7,315 nucleotides of DNA, from assembly GCA_018985225.1 (NCBI GenBank), contig JADGIF010000516.1:1-7315 (forward strand), read 5' to 3'. This document shows positions 6,783-7,315 of the stretch, one piece after another; positions within the stretch are counted from its first letter, which is position 1; each line of letters starts with the position of its first letter. Source of the stretch: Amoeboradix gromovi X-113 (taxonomy: Eukaryota; Fungi; Sanchytriomycota). The position numbers and the translations under genes are program-made. Under the pieces are notes generated by a model. The model did no database searches. It was not told the DNA's origin and worked only from the letters and a program-made list of their open reading frames with translations.

Positions 6783-6904
6783 TCGTTAAAAGTCCTGATT
6801 TCTGAGAAAATCGAGAATTTCCACAGAGAAACTAGCAGTGCTAGATCTCCGTTACAGTGATCGCCCACGCTTTCACTACCCTGAGACGGATTGAACAAGG
6901 ATGC
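6783..6904 (-). ncRNA. Putative omegaRNA scaffold, copy 3
   Basis: Homologous to 2300-2422; hairpins GAGA.CTAGC-ACT-GCTAG.TCTC and AGTGA..TCACT retained. Confidence 0.6.
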
Positions 6905-6936
6905 ATGTATTGATGTATATGTATTGATGTATATGT
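6905..6936. repeat. 14-bp tandem duplication (ATGTATTGATGTAT x2 plus ATGT) private to copy 3
   Basis: Direct inspection; copies 1 and 2 carry a single unit. Confidence 0.85.
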
Positions 6937-7240
6937 TCCCTGTTGCAATATGGTCTCTATCTATCTTCAAATGACAATTGATACTGGTTCAGGTTTCTGA
7001 ACTGGTTTTCTTTAGAGTACCACAGCTTGTACATGTCTGACTAGTAAATGATTCATTACATTCAACCATTGTCCTTCCTCTTTGTCTGCACTTGAACTTC
7101 AAGCGTTCCTTGAATAAATTGTACAGATATCTCTTTTCTGGCGTCGAAAGACATCAAATTGCTCCATGCTTGGGCCAGTTCCTCAACGTTGATCAATTTA
7201 TGCTTTATTTATTACTTGTTTCTTTAGGTTTGACATATTC
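6930..7240 (-). pseudogene. TnpA-HTH relic joined in frame to the Fanzor2 C-terminal relic
   Basis: EYVKPKETSNK*SIN*STLRNWPKHGAI*CLSTPEKRYLYNL|FKERLKFKCRQRGRTMVECNESFTSQTCTSCGTLKKTSSET*TSINCHLKIDRDHIATGNIY; junction at about 7115; four stops. Confidence 0.8.
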
Positions 7241-7315
7241 GGGATTACATCCATTGATTCCATTTGCCTTTAGTCAAAATGGAGAATATCGAGTATTTAA
7301 TCTTTTGGGACACTA

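Larger units (their letters stand above)
6783..7300 (-). mobile_element. IS607-like Fanzor2 transposon, internally deleted copy 3 (left terminus not seen)
   Basis: 6783-7115 aligns with copy 1 about 2104-2422; 7125-7300 aligns with the left-hand portion of copy 2. Similarity stops at about 7300, 15 nt before the window end. Confidence 0.88.

Noticed and set aside
2300-6904. CRISPR-like array reading of the repeated right ends
   Set aside because: The copies are dispersed, in both orientations and embedded in transposon remnants; there is no repeat-spacer periodicity.

Overview
AT-rich, very gene-dense eukaryotic DNA, probably from a compact-genome fungus or fungus-like lineage (inferred from the fungal-type Dpb4 and eS1 motifs and a CAP59/GT69 mannosyltransferase). 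Host genes: a Dpb4/POLE3-like histone-fold protein (+), 40S protein eS1/RPS1 (-, split by a 19-nt intron), a GT69 alpha-1,3-mannosyltransferase (+), an orphan P-loop protein (-) and a minimal Fip1 (-). Between them lie three differently deleted, non-autonomous copies of one IS607-like transposon (about 1834-2423 +, 4619-5081 -, 6783-7300 -). Together they preserve pieces of an IS607-type TnpA HTH, the C-terminus of a Fanzor2/TnpB RNA-guided nuclease, and a conserved structured right end (putative omegaRNA) followed by a different flank (putative guide) in each copy. Also present: a possible second, canonical-type TnpB relic (5127-5340), an unclassified repeat in inverted orientation (1-130 vs 2832-2960), and AATAAA signals at or next to most stop codons. 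All family calls come from manual motif recognition; no searches were run.
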